Assembly (NCBI GenBank): GCA_964247085.1
Contig: CAXTSX010000013.1
Coordinates: 5,889-69,888 of the forward strand
DNA length: 64,000 nucleotides
From: an uncultured bacterium
GTDB lineage: Bacteria > Cyanobacteriota > Cyanobacteriia > Cyanobacteriales > Chamaesiphonaceae
Direction of reading: 5' to 3'
Shown here: positions 19,864 through 29,180 of the stretch, one piece after another
How positions within the stretch are numbered: position 1 is the first letter of the stretch
How the letters are laid out: every line of letters starts with the position of its first letter
Program-made: the position numbers and the translations under genes
The notes under the pieces: generated by a model
What the model was told of the DNA's origin: nothing
Database searches by the model: none
Seen by the model: the letters and a program-made list of their open reading frames with translations, nothing else

Positions 19864-20316
19864 ATGCCTCACCTCGTGCTCGTTCATCCACAAATTCCAC
19901 CAAACACGGGCAATATTGCCCGCACCTGCGCCGCCACCAAAACCGACCTTCACCTGGTGAAACCACTGGGTTTTGAGATAACCGATCGCTACCTAAAACG
20001 AGCAGGCTTAGACTACTGGCCTTACGTGAATTTACGGATCCATGAATCACTCGCTGAGCTACAAGCCATCCAAGCCGGTGGCCGGTGGGTGGGTTTTACC
20101 GTCAAGGGAGAGTCCGCCCACCATGATTTTGCCTTCCAAGATAATGATTGGCTACTCTTTGGTAGTGAGACCAATGGCTTGCCAGCAGAGGCTTTAGAGG
20201 CTTGTGATGCCACCCTATATATTCCCATGCGCGAGCCTGGGGTACGAAGTTTGAATTTGTCGGTAAGTGTCGCAGTCGGTTTATTTGAGGCTTATCGACA
20301 AATAGGTTTCACTTAG
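19864..20316 (+). CDS. trmL: tRNA (cytidine/uridine-2'-O)-methyltransferase TrmL (SpoU family)
   Basis: Starts at the ATG giving MPHLVLVHPQIPPNTGNIARTCAAT, with NLSVSVAVGLFEAYRQ at the C-terminus. The upstream extension in the listed ORF is AT-rich and implausible. Confidence 0.85.
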   Translation: MPHLVLVHPQIPPNTGNIARTCAATKTDLHLVKPLGFEITDRYLKRAGLDYWPYVNLRIHESLAELQAIQAGGRWVGFTVKGESAHHDFAFQDNDWLLFGSETNGLPAEALEACDATLYIPMREPGVRSLNLSVSVAVGLFEAYRQIGFT

Positions 20317-20759
20317 GATGTAAAAATAAATATTTTGTCTCATTAAAGACAGACTGGAAGAGTCCAAATTATTGTAGGGCAATGATTGTAGCCAAGATTT
20401 TCAATATTGCAAATAAAGTAATACTATTTTCAATACATAAGATATTTCTATCTTAAATCACACCCCATGACGGTTCATCTATTTTTATTTTTTTGATAAC
20501 TAATTTAGAATTGAAGACTGAAAGCTTTGATATACAAGTATTTCGGGCTTTCTGATTTTCAAAACTAATGGAGAAGAACTCAAGTCATCTCCGAAAATAC
20601 ACGGTTGCAAGAGGCGAATTCGATGGCTTAAAGTCTACGTATCTCACCCAGACACCTTCGGATATTAGCTATCCAAATCACTAGTAAACTCATTAATTTG
20701 ATTCAAGCTAAGAATGATTTAGGTATACCAAAAAGCTCCGAAAGTAAATTAGTAGAAAC

Positions 20760-20788
20760 TTGCAAATTTTTACAAATTGACATAGAGT
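20760..20788 (+). promoter_or_regulatory. Candidate sigma70-type promoter in the long non-coding region upstream of the M23 peptidase
   Basis: TTGCAA, 17-nt spacer, TAGAGT. This would give a ~210-nt leader. Such matches occur easily in AT-rich DNA. Confidence 0.3.
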
Positions 20789-21000
20789 GTGCTGGAAAGC
20801 AGTTAAATGTTAAGAAATACTTATTTTTCTAGTGTTACTGCAAATGTCTTTGTTGGATTGCTACTTTACGTAGTCCATTCTTAAAGGTGTGACCGGAGCA
20901 TCACAGTTCATTCCATGAATCTAGAAGTAAAGTACAGCTCAAGTTCTAGATCCATAGGCGAACCGAAGTTTTCCGTTTTATTTAAGTTAGGAGGTTATGT

Positions 21001-22080
21001 TTGAAGAGCGTGATTACACAGAAGGTTCAGTCAGTTCCTTCCCCACCCGCCCATGGCGCGACCTTGGATCGCCAAGTTACCATCGCAAGACCAGACGTTA
21101 AGGAAGGTTTGACTCAGCAACTTTCTCTGGATTCTAAGCACTTCGCTGCCCCCGCAGAAAATTCTCCACAGTCAGCATCAAAACTCGCCGCTGGTATTGC
21201 TATATCAGTCGGAACCTGCGGTCTGATGTTATCTCCATTATCTGGTTCAGCCGTTGCTAACGGTGGCTTTTCTGGTGGTAAGGTATTACAAATTACATCT
21301 TCTGTATCTAAAGAGGATGTCTACATGCAGCAGTTGCGTCAAGAGGCTTCCTCCCTCAGAACTCAGAGCCAAGGGACGGATGAAGTTTTTGATAATTCGG
21401 CAACTAAGTTGGTTGCTCAAAGAGTACGCCCCAATAGTTTTATTCGATCGGTACCCAGCGGCGCTTATGCTGCCCCGATTGGTTATGCCGCTCCGCTTAA
21501 GAGTTATGCACCGCCCCTGAAAAGTGAAGGCTATATTAGACCGATGACGGCACCAAGCGCAGTAGCAATTCCGGTGCCAGCACCCCGAGGATTCCAGCTA
21601 CCTACTGCTGTTCAGCAACCTGCTCAAATCCAAAGATTCGCTACCAACACCTACAACTCTACGATTCAGACTACCAATCAGAATACCCCACCAGTGGGTA
21701 AAATCTGGCCAACTCGGGGTTCTTTCACCTCTGGCTTTGGCCGTCGTTGGGGTCGGATGCACAAGGGCATTGATATTGCAGCAGCAGTTGGGACTCCAGT
21801 GGTAGCAGCAGCTGATGGCGTAGTTGTAGTATCCGGCTGGGATCGCGGTGGCTATGGTAAGAGAGTTGATATTCAACATCCTGATGGCACTAGAACTCTC
21901 TATGGTCACAACAGCCGTCTGCTAGTAGCCGTTGGTCAACAGGTGAAGCAGGGTCAGCAGATCTCAGCGATGGGTAATACTGGTCGCAGTACTGGTCCCC
22001 ACCTCCACTTTGAGTTCCACATGCCTGGTGGTAGTGCTGTTAATCCAATTGCTTACTTGCCTGCTGGTTCTCGCTCCTAA
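21001..22080 (+). CDS. M23 family peptidoglycan metalloendopeptidase
   Basis: C-terminal GFGRRWGRMHKGIDIAA..GTPVVAAADG..YGHNS..GNTGRSTGPHLHFE. The TTG start lies 6 nt after AGGAGG (20989-20994). An in-frame GTG at 21010 is an alternative start. Confidence 0.85.
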   Translation: MKSVITQKVQSVPSPPAHGATLDRQVTIARPDVKEGLTQQLSLDSKHFAAPAENSPQSASKLAAGIAISVGTCGLMLSPLSGSAVANGGFSGGKVLQITSSVSKEDVYMQQLRQEASSLRTQSQGTDEVFDNSATKLVAQRVRPNSFIRSVPSGAYAAPIGYAAPLKSYAPPLKSEGYIRPMTAPSAVAIPVPAPRGFQLPTAVQQPAQIQRFATNTYNSTIQTTNQNTPPVGKIWPTRGSFTSGFGRRWGRMHKGIDIAAAVGTPVVAAADGVVVVSGWDRGGYGKRVDIQHPDGTRTLYGHNSRLLVAVGQQVKQGQQISAMGNTGRSTGPHLHFEFHMPGGSAVNPIAYLPAGSRS

Positions 22081-22107
22081 GTATTGGTGAGAATTAATTG
22101 AAGCTAG

Positions 22108-22132
22108 AAATGGGCGCTATGCGCCCATTTTT
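22108..22132 (+). terminator. Intrinsic terminator after the M23 peptidase gene
   Basis: AAATGGGCGC-TAT-GCGCCCATTT followed by TT. Confidence 0.6.
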
Positions 22133-22202
22133 GCTTGGTACTGGAGTTCTGGTCAGATATTCGATATACTGGTATTTCTGCACTACTGAATCTGGTTGAC
22201 CT

Positions 22203-25049
22203 ATGGCGAAGACTACCTCCGGAACCTTAAAGCCGGATGACCAAAACAAGATTCGGATTACTGGTGCTAGACAACACAATTTAAAAAACATTAGCCTGGA
22301 ATTACCACGCGATCGATTGATTGTGTTTACGGGCATTTCTGGCTCTGGTAAGTCATCGTTGGCTTTTGATACGATTTTTGCCGAAGGCCAACGGCGATAT
22401 GTGGAGTCACTGAGTGCTTACGCCCGCCAGTTTTTGGGTCAGCTCGATAAACCAGAAGTAGACGCGATCGAAGGTTTAAGTCCAGCGATCTCGATCGATC
22501 AAAAATCCACTTCCAATAATCCCCGATCCACGGTCGGGACGGTCACCGAGATTTACGATTATTTTCGGCTGCTGTTTGGCCGCGCCGGTCTGCCCCATTG
22601 CCCCCATTGTGACCGGGCGATATCGCCCCAAACGATCGATGAAATGTGCGATCGGGTGATGGCGCTTCCAGACAAGACTAAGTTTCAAATTCTAGCGCCG
22701 GTCATGCGCGGCAAGAAAGGTACCCACCAAAAGTTGCTATCCAGCCTAACAGCCAGTGGCTTTGTGCGGGTGCGGGTCAACGGTGAAATTCGGGAGTTGG
22801 CCGACCAAATTGAACTGGATAAAAACCAGAAACATTCGATCGAGATTGTGATCGATCGGCTAGTCAAAAAAGCGGGTATCAATTCACGCTTGGCCGATTC
22901 CTTGGGAACTTGCCTGAAACAATCCGAAGGGATGGCGGTGATCAATATTTTGGCCGATGATCCAAATATCCCCGACCTAGTTTTTTCAGAGAAATTCGCC
23001 TGCCCCGAGCACGGCGCGGTGATGGAAGAGCTGTCGCCCCGGCTATTTTCCTTTAACTCGCCCTACGGCGCTTGTCCCCATTGTCACGGCTTGGGCAATC
23101 TGCGCCTATTTGCCGAAGAACTGATCATTCCCGATCCAACAGCGCAGGTCTATTGCGCGATTTTGCCCTGGTCGGATAAGGATAATTCTTACTATCTGTC
23201 ACTGCTGTTTAGTTTGAGCCAAGCCTATGGCTTTGAGCTGAATGCCCCCTGGCAAGATTTAACCGCCGAACAACAGAAATTAGTTTTGCATGGAACCAGT
23301 GAACCGGTCTGGATGGAGCAAATCGGCGAATTTCGGCACTATCGAGGAGTGCTAAAGATTCTGCAACGGCAGTATGATGACGGCTCGGAACTGCAAAAGC
23401 AACGATTGGAAAATTATTTGGTCGATCGACCCTGCCCCGTCTGTGCGGGCGATCGGTTAAAACCGGAAGCTCTGTCGGTGAAAATGGGTCAATACAATAT
23501 TTTGGACTTCACCAACTGTGCGATCGATCAATGCTTAGAGCGGGTAAATCAGGTCACCCTGAACGATCGACAGGCACAGATTGCCCAGTTAGTATTGCTA
23601 GAAATCCGGGCTCGACTACGTTTTTTGTTAGATGTGGGTTTAGATTACCTGACTTTATCTCGATCGGCCACCACCCTATCCGGTGGGGAAGCCCAACGGA
23701 TTCGGCTGGCCACCCAAATTGGTTCTGGTCTGACGGGAGTACTCTATGTACTAGACGAGCCGAGTATCGGTCTGCACCAGCGCGATAACGATCGACTGCT
23801 GGCCACCCTGGTGAAGCTGCGCGATCTAGGTAATACCTTGATTGTAGTAGAACATGATGAAGACACCATCCGAGCCGCCGACCATTTGGTGGACATTGGC
23901 CCCGGTGCCGGAGTGCATGGCGGAGTCGTCGTCGCTCAGGGAACTCTAGCAGATATTTTAGCCGCTAAAGAATCGATCACTGGGGCTTATCTATCCGGAC
24001 GGCAAGCGATCGCGACCCCCAGCGAGCGGCGACCAGGCTCTGGTTTAAAAATTAGTTTGAAGAAAGCCAAACGCCACAATCTCCAAAATTTAAACGTAGA
24101 TTTTCCCTTGGGAATGCTAGTCTCCGTCACCGGAGTCTCCGGCTCCGGGAAATCGACGCTGGTCAACGATTTGCTCTATCCCGCTCTGCAGCATCACTTA
24201 ACCAAACGGATACCCTTCCCCACCGATTTAGGAGAATTGCAAGGAATTAGTGCGATCGATAAAGTAATTGTGATCGATCAATCGCCGATCGGCCGCACCC
24301 CCCGCTCTAATCCGGCTACTTATACCGGCATTTTCGATCTAATTCGGGATGTATTTTCCCAGACGATCGAAGCGAAGACCAGAGGTTATCGACCGGGACA
24401 GTTTTCTTTTAATGTCAAAGGTGGTCGCTGCGAAGCCTGTAGCGGTCAGGGTGTGAATATTATTGAAATGAACTTTTTGCCAGATGTCTATGTGACTTGT
24501 GATGTTTGCAAGGGAGCGCGTTATAACCGAGAAACCCTGCAGGTCAAGTACAAAGAGATGTCGATCGCCGATGTGCTGGCTATGACGGTGGAAGATGCCC
24601 TGGAGTTTTTCACTAATATTCCCCGCGCTGCCACCAAGTTACAAACCTTGGTAGATGTGGGTTTAGGCTATGTGACCCTAGGCCAGACCGCCCCCACGCT
24701 ATCAGGAGGTGAGGCGCAGCGGATGAAGCTGGCCGCCGAGCTATCCAAACGCGCCACCGGCAAGACCCTCTATTTGATTGATGAACCTACCACCGGTTTG
24801 TCTTTCTATGATGTCCACAAACTCATGGATGTGTTGCAACGGCTAGTAGATAAAGGTAATTCGGTGATTGCGATCGAACATAATCTAGATGTAATCCGCT
24901 GTAGTGACTGGGTAATAGATTTGGGACCAGATGGCGGTGGTCGGGGTGGTCAGATCGTCGGGGTCGGAACACCGGAAGCGATCGCCAAAAATCCCAAGTC
25001 GCACACTGGTAAATATCTGAAGCGGGTTTTGAAACGCAAAACAGCCTAA
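22203..25049 (+). CDS. uvrA: Excinuclease ABC subunit A
   Basis: 948 aa with two ABC ATPase modules ([18 protein letters not shown]), LSGGEAQR twice, and zinc-finger Cys clusters. Confidence 0.97.
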   Translation: MAKTTSGTLKPDDQNKIRITGARQHNLKNISLELPRDRLIVFTGISGSGKSSLAFDTIFAEGQRRYVESLSAYARQFLGQLDKPEVDAIEGLSPAISIDQKSTSNNPRSTVGTVTEIYDYFRLLFGRAGLPHCPHCDRAISPQTIDEMCDRVMALPDKTKFQILAPVMRGKKGTHQKLLSSLTASGFVRVRVNGEIRELADQIELDKNQKHSIEIVIDRLVKKAGINSRLADSLGTCLKQSEGMAVINILADDPNIPDLVFSEKFACPEHGAVMEELSPRLFSFNSPYGACPHCHGLGNLRLFAEELIIPDPTAQVYCAILPWSDKDNSYYLSLLFSLSQAYGFELNAPWQDLTAEQQKLVLHGTSEPVWMEQIGEFRHYRGVLKILQRQYDDGSELQKQRLENYLVDRPCPVCAGDRLKPEALSVKMGQYNILDFTNCAIDQCLERVNQVTLNDRQAQIAQLVLLEIRARLRFLLDVGLDYLTLSRSATTLSGGEAQRIRLATQIGSGLTGVLYVLDEPSIGLHQRDNDRLLATLVKLRDLGNTLIVVEHDEDTIRAADHLVDIGPGAGVHGGVVVAQGTLADILAAKESITGAYLSGRQAIATPSERRPGSGLKISLKKAKRHNLQNLNVDFPLGMLVSVTGVSGSGKSTLVNDLLYPALQHHLTKRIPFPTDLGELQGISAIDKVIVIDQSPIGRTPRSNPATYTGIFDLIRDVFSQTIEAKTRGYRPGQFSFNVKGGRCEACSGQGVNIIEMNFLPDVYVTCDVCKGARYNRETLQVKYKEMSIADVLAMTVEDALEFFTNIPRAATKLQTLVDVGLGYVTLGQTAPTLSGGEAQRMKLAAELSKRATGKTLYLIDEPTTGLSFYDVHKLMDVLQRLVDKGNSVIAIEHNLDVIRCSDWVIDLGPDGGGRGGQIVGVGTPEAIAKNPKSHTGKYLKRVLKRKTA

Positions 25050-25082
25050 AATTTAAGAATCATTTGACTCCGAGACTATCCG

Positions 25083-25922
25083 ATGACTCTTGCCCCCCTG
25101 GACAATGCTGATTTATCTAAAATCAAACTAGTAGCTACTGATATTGATGGAACACTCACCAAAAATCAGCGCTTTACACCACAACTAATTACTGCTTTGC
25201 TACAACTACAGTCTGCCAACATTGCGGTGTTGCTAGTCACCGGTCGATCGGCTGGCTGGGTGAGTAGTCTCAGTAACTATTTACCAGTGGTCGGAGCGAT
25301 CGGCGAAAACGGCGGCTGTTATTTTAGTGGAACCACGGCATGTCAGCTGCTACCCAACCTCAAAATCAAAGAAATCAGCAAACATCGCGATCAGCTAGCT
25401 GACTGCTTTTGGCAACTGCAAGGCACGCATACTCAGCTAAAAGAATCCACTGATAACCGGTTCCGACTGACCGACTGGACATTTGATCTAGCTCAGCTAG
25501 ATGCTAGCGATCTATGGGAAATTGGGGCTCAATGTGAGCGCTGGGGCTGGAATTTCACTTATAGTACGATCCAAGGCCATATCAAATTAGTCACTCAAAG
25601 CAAGGCGATCGGGATTAAGCAAGTACTGAAACAACATTTCCCCAAATTAAAATCTCATCAGATTTTGACGGTAGGAGATAGTCCGAATGATGCCTCGATG
25701 TTTGACCCCGAGATGTTTACACAATCGGTGGGGGTGGCCAATGTGTTGCATTATCAAGAACAGATGGAGCATCTACCGGCCTACATTACGACGCTGCCAG
25801 AAGTTAGTGGTTTTGGAGAGATTGTTGATCGATTAGTGTCTACTGCGGTGGCCGAGCCAGATGTCAGCAATGATTCCAGGTTTGATCAGATTGCTAGCTA
25901 TATTGAGCGATCGCTGAGTTAG
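25083..25922 (+). CDS. HAD-IIB family hydrolase
   Basis: ATDIDGTLT (motif I), VTGRS, GDSPNDASMF (motif IV). Confidence 0.8.
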   Translation: MTLAPLDNADLSKIKLVATDIDGTLTKNQRFTPQLITALLQLQSANIAVLLVTGRSAGWVSSLSNYLPVVGAIGENGGCYFSGTTACQLLPNLKIKEISKHRDQLADCFWQLQGTHTQLKESTDNRFRLTDWTFDLAQLDASDLWEIGAQCERWGWNFTYSTIQGHIKLVTQSKAIGIKQVLKQHFPKLKSHQILTVGDSPNDASMFDPEMFTQSVGVANVLHYQEQMEHLPAYITTLPEVSGFGEIVDRLVSTAVAEPDVSNDSRFDQIASYIERSLS

Positions 25923-26074
25923 TCTAGTTGCGTTTCCCTGTGCCTGTATATCTGAATCATGACCGCAATAAAATTGTGGTTGGATGCTGTGCTGGAGGGG
26001 TACTCATACTTCAAATTATGGCATTTTCTCTGATTAGATGGCTCTAGCTCAGAGATTCAGGGTATTTACGATTG

Positions 26075-26473
26075 TTAACGATTATGTAATGAATCAATCA
26101 AAGTAACCACCCGCGATCGAACTTCATCTCGTACTCTGGGAAAGATTTCTGGCTGTTCAGCTGGGTCATCAAGTTGCCAGTCAGCAAAGATTTCTCTGTT
26201 GACCCAAGCTGGGGGAAGGTTTACACCACAACCACAAAGAGAAATAACGACATCAAAATCTTCTGGATTAAATTCACTCAATGCTTTAGAAGCTTGGCGG
26301 CTGATATCGACTCCCGCATCTTGCATCGTCGCAATGGCTTCTGGTCTGACCTGGCTAGCTTCTAGCCCCGAACTCGTTACCGCTATTAATCCTGCTCCCA
26401 AATGATTAGCAAAACCTTCAGCCATTTGCGACCTAGCCGAATTTTTTTTACAGACAAACATCACTCTTTTCAT
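26075..26473 (-). CDS. arsC: Arsenate reductase, LMW-PTP type with the Synechocystis-like Cys8/Cys80/Cys82 triad
   Basis: 132 aa. P-loop VCKKNSARSQ with Cys at residue 8, and LCGCG placing Cys at 80 and 82. Confidence 0.85.
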   Translation of the reverse strand: MKRVMFVCKKNSARSQMAEGFANHLGAGLIAVTSSGLEASQVRPEAIATMQDAGVDISRQASKALSEFNPEDFDVVISLCGCGVNLPPAWVNREIFADWQLDDPAEQPEIFPRVRDEVRSRVVTLIDSLHNR

Positions 26474-26494
26474 GAAATCTTCTCGCTAAAATTG

Positions 26495-27202
26495 TTAGTT
26501 AATATCTCTGACACAGTCCTGGAAATCGTTGGATATCCAGCGATATACCCAGCCTGCCAACACAGCTCCAAGTATGGGAGCTACCCAATAAACCCAGTGA
26601 TGTTGCCATAATCCAGCTACTAAAGCCGGGGCTAGCGATCGAGCTGGGTTCATACTTGCCCCAGTAATCGGTCCCATCACCACTGCTTCTAATGCCACAG
26701 TTAGTCCGATCGCTAAACCAGCAAACCCAATAGGTGCACGCCGATCTAGCCCAGACCCAAAAATAACGAACATTAAGATAAAAGTCAGCACAGTTTCTAA
26801 TAACAGAGCTTGCAACCAGTTATTTTGTCGCGGCAAAGTTGCCCCCAAATTAGCGACTAGACCAAAGACCATGCGCAGTAGAGTAGAAGCGGCAATTGCC
26901 CCCATGCACTGCGCCAGAATATATGGGATCACTCGTTGACTTGGAAAGAAGCCGCTCTGCCAAAAAGCAATCGTCACTGCCGGATTAAAGTGAGCACCGC
27001 TAATATGTCCAAGAGTATAAATTAGGGCAGCCACTACCGCCCCAAATACAATGCTTACACCTAGATGAGTAATGGCACCTTGGCTAACATTGTTAACTAC
27101 AACAGCTCCTGTACCAATAAACACCAAAATGAAAGTGCCGATCGCTTCTGCCACAAAGTTGCGGTCAATGGGCAATAATATTTGACGTAACTTTTTGTTC
27201 AC
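26495..27202 (-). CDS. MIP-family channel (aquaporin / aquaglyceroporin)
   Basis: 235 aa with six hydrophobic segments and two NPA boxes (HFNPAVT, SMNPARS). It sits between arsR and arsC on the same strand, with gaps of 97 and 21 nt. Confidence 0.9.
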   Translation of the reverse strand: MNKKLRQILLPIDRNFVAEAIGTFILVFIGTGAVVVNNVSQGAITHLGVSIVFGAVVAALIYTLGHISGAHFNPAVTIAFWQSGFFPSQRVIPYILAQCMGAIAASTLLRMVFGLVANLGATLPRQNNWLQALLLETVLTFILMFVIFGSGLDRRAPIGFAGLAIGLTVALEAVVMGPITGASMNPARSLAPALVAGLWQHHWVYWVAPILGAVLAGWVYRWISNDFQDCVRDIN

Positions 27203-27299
27203 ATGGGGTAAAAAAACTCTCCGGAGAATCGCTGCTGAGATATGTTCTTATTATTTCAAAAAAAGTTGATATGTCAAGAGCAAAGTCACAGTCAATAAA

Positions 27300-27620
27300 T
27301 TAATCACATATCCGTGCGGGCAAGATGGGGCTTAAGCGGCGGTATTCAGCTAAGTATTGCTCTAATATCACAAATTGGGAGAGGTTGAGCCGATAGTAAA
27401 CCCAGCGTCCTTCCTGGCGAGGATGAACTAAACCGGCAGATTTCAGGACTTTCAGGTGAAATGATAGCTTAGATTGACTGACGCTTAGCAATTCACAAAG
27501 CTCACAAACACAGAGTTCTCGCTGCTGAAGATGCTCGATCGTCTGAATTCTAAGTGGTTCGGACAGGGCATGGAACAGAGCAATAATCTGTGGGGAGGTC
27601 TGAGGGCGTGATTCTAGCAT
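27300..27620 (-). CDS. arsR: ArsR/SmtB family metalloregulator
   Basis: HTH region with the metalloid-binding ELCVCELCELL motif. ATG at 27620 preferred. The listed TTG at 27650 is an alternative start. Confidence 0.8.
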   Translation of the reverse strand: MLESRPQTSPQIIALFHALSEPLRIQTIEHLQQRELCVCELCELLSVSQSKLSFHLKVLKSAGLVHPRQEGRWVYYRLNLSQFVILEQYLAEYRRLSPILPARICD

Positions 27621-27629
27621 CAATTTTTT

Positions 27630-27650
27630 TTGAAATAAATTAAGTTTCAA
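27630..27650 (-). promoter_or_regulatory. Candidate ArsR operator (weak inverted repeat)
   Basis: TTGAAA, 9-nt spacer, TTTCAA, lying 10 nt upstream of the preferred arsR ATG. Only 6-nt arms in AT-rich DNA. Confidence 0.25.
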
Positions 27651-27831
27651 TTATAGGCTTTTTGAAAATTTTTCTATTTAGGCTAAATTAATTGGCTCTG
27701 GTTCTGTTGCGGAACTATTTATATTGCCAACTGGAACCGCAATACTTAGTTTTTACATAACCAAGGCTTAACCCTACTAATGGATAACTATGGAAAACTA
27801 GATAAGATCATCTAAAAATCTGTTTTCTATT

Positions 27832-28578
27832 ATGTCTAATATTTATGAATTTGTCTCCAAGGGTGGACCGGTCATGTGGCCACTCGTAGGGTTGTCTGTG
27901 ATGACGATCGGTTGTGCTCTAGAGCGAGCAAACTATTGGTGGAAACTAATCAGTCAAGAAGATCGCATCGTCCATGATGTATTGGAAGCTGCCCGCTCTA
28001 GTTTGGATGATGCGGCATCGATCGCTTATCAAGCCAGAAGTCTAGCGATCGGACGTTTTCTGTTTGCCACACTGCGCCTGAAAAATTCATCCCCTGAGAC
28101 ATTTCATTTAGCAATGGAAGCAGCAGCTGAACGAGAATTTATCCAAATGCGTAAGGGAGACAAATTATTAGAAACAGTAATAGCGATCGCTCCTCTTTTG
28201 GGTCTACTGGGAACGGTAACTGGTCTGATGGCTACTTTTGGCAATATGAATATTGGGGGTAGTGGGGCTGGCGGTGCGAGCGCGACTAAAGCGGCAGCTG
28301 GGATTGGGGAAGCTTTGACAGCGACCGCTTCTGGTATGTTCGTAGCAATCTTAGCTTTGGCATTTTTCCGGGTTTTTGTGACTTTACAATCTAAACAAAT
28401 TGATTATTTTACCAATGTCGGTAATCAACTGGAACTAATCTATCGGCATGTTTGGTGTGAGGGGCATCGCTATCGATCGGAAGAAATGGATCCTGATGCG
28501 GAAGAAGTTACCGCTATTCAATTAGCATCTTCCCCTGCTTTCAAAGGCAGAAGACCACTAGTAAACGATATTTATTAG
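27832..28578 (+). CDS. exbB: MotA/TolQ/ExbB proton-channel family protein
   Basis: 248 aa, three TM segments, conserved APLLGLLGTVTGL. Confidence 0.85.
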   Translation: MSNIYEFVSKGGPVMWPLVGLSVMTIGCALERANYWWKLISQEDRIVHDVLEAARSSLDDAASIAYQARSLAIGRFLFATLRLKNSSPETFHLAMEAAAEREFIQMRKGDKLLETVIAIAPLLGLLGTVTGLMATFGNMNIGGSGAGGASATKAAAGIGEALTATASGMFVAILALAFFRVFVTLQSKQIDYFTNVGNQLELIYRHVWCEGHRYRSEEMDPDAEEVTAIQLASSPAFKGRRPLVNDIY

Positions 28579-28617
28579 AACATTTGTAAAATAAAAATAA
28601 TAAAGAGGTGTAAAATC

Positions 28618-29049
28618 ATGGGCTTAGGGTCAAAGCGTAGAAACAATCATAGCCAAATGCCAGAAGTTAATCTGGTACCAATGATGGACGTGATTTTAAC
28701 AATTCTCACCTTCTTCATTATTATTTCCATGTCTTTGTCGGGAGAATCGAGTTCGGTAGATCTGACTTTACCAAGCACCAAAACTGGTGTGTCTCAAAGT
28801 GCTCAGAAAGCTCCTGACCCGTTGATTGTCAATGTTGATAGTAAGAGTATTATCTATGTGGGTACCAAGAAACTCGATGACAACCAACTGGCTCAAGAAA
28901 TAAAAGTCTATTTATCCCAGCATCCTACTGATGGAGCGGTGATTCTCAAGGCCGACAATAAACTTCCCTATTCCCGTATCATTGAAGTTTTAGGCCAAAT
29001 GCGGGCAGTCGGTGGTGAAAAGGTATCATTAGCTGTCAATAAGGGATAG
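28618..29049 (+). CDS. exbD: ExbD/TolR biopolymer transport protein
   Basis: 143 aa. EVNLVPMMDVILTILTFFII followed by a periplasmic domain. Confidence 0.85.
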   Translation: MGLGSKRRNNHSQMPEVNLVPMMDVILTILTFFIIISMSLSGESSSVDLTLPSTKTGVSQSAQKAPDPLIVNVDSKSIIYVGTKKLDDNQLAQEIKVYLSQHPTDGAVILKADNKLPYSRIIEVLGQMRAVGGEKVSLAVNKG

Positions 29050-29057
29050 CAAAAAAC

Positions 29058-29089
29058 AAAGACATTTTCTCGATCGAGAAAATGTCTTT
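29058..29089. terminator. Perfect 32-nt palindrome between convergent exbD and the TonB-like gene
   Basis: AAAGACATTTTCTCGA/TCGAGAAAATGTCTTT with T-runs at both ends. Confidence 0.6.
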
Positions 29090-29180
29090 GCAAAGATAGC
29101 AACTGAATGAGAACCTAGATCAAATCAACTAACAACTCAGTCTAGGTATGACCTATTGGATAGCCAGAGGGTAGCCCAAG

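Noticed and set aside
20568-20684. 38-codon ORF (MEKNSSHLRKYTVARGEFDG...) in the long spacer upstream of the M23 peptidase
   Set aside because: It has no Shine-Dalgarno sequence and no recognisable motif, and an ORF of that length is expected by chance in 684 bp.
20997-21095. ATG at 20997 as the start of the M23 peptidase, or of a 32-codon upstream ORF
   Set aside because: It lies only 2 nt after the AGGAGG and is out of frame with the peptidase. The TTG at 21001 has proper spacing and is in frame.
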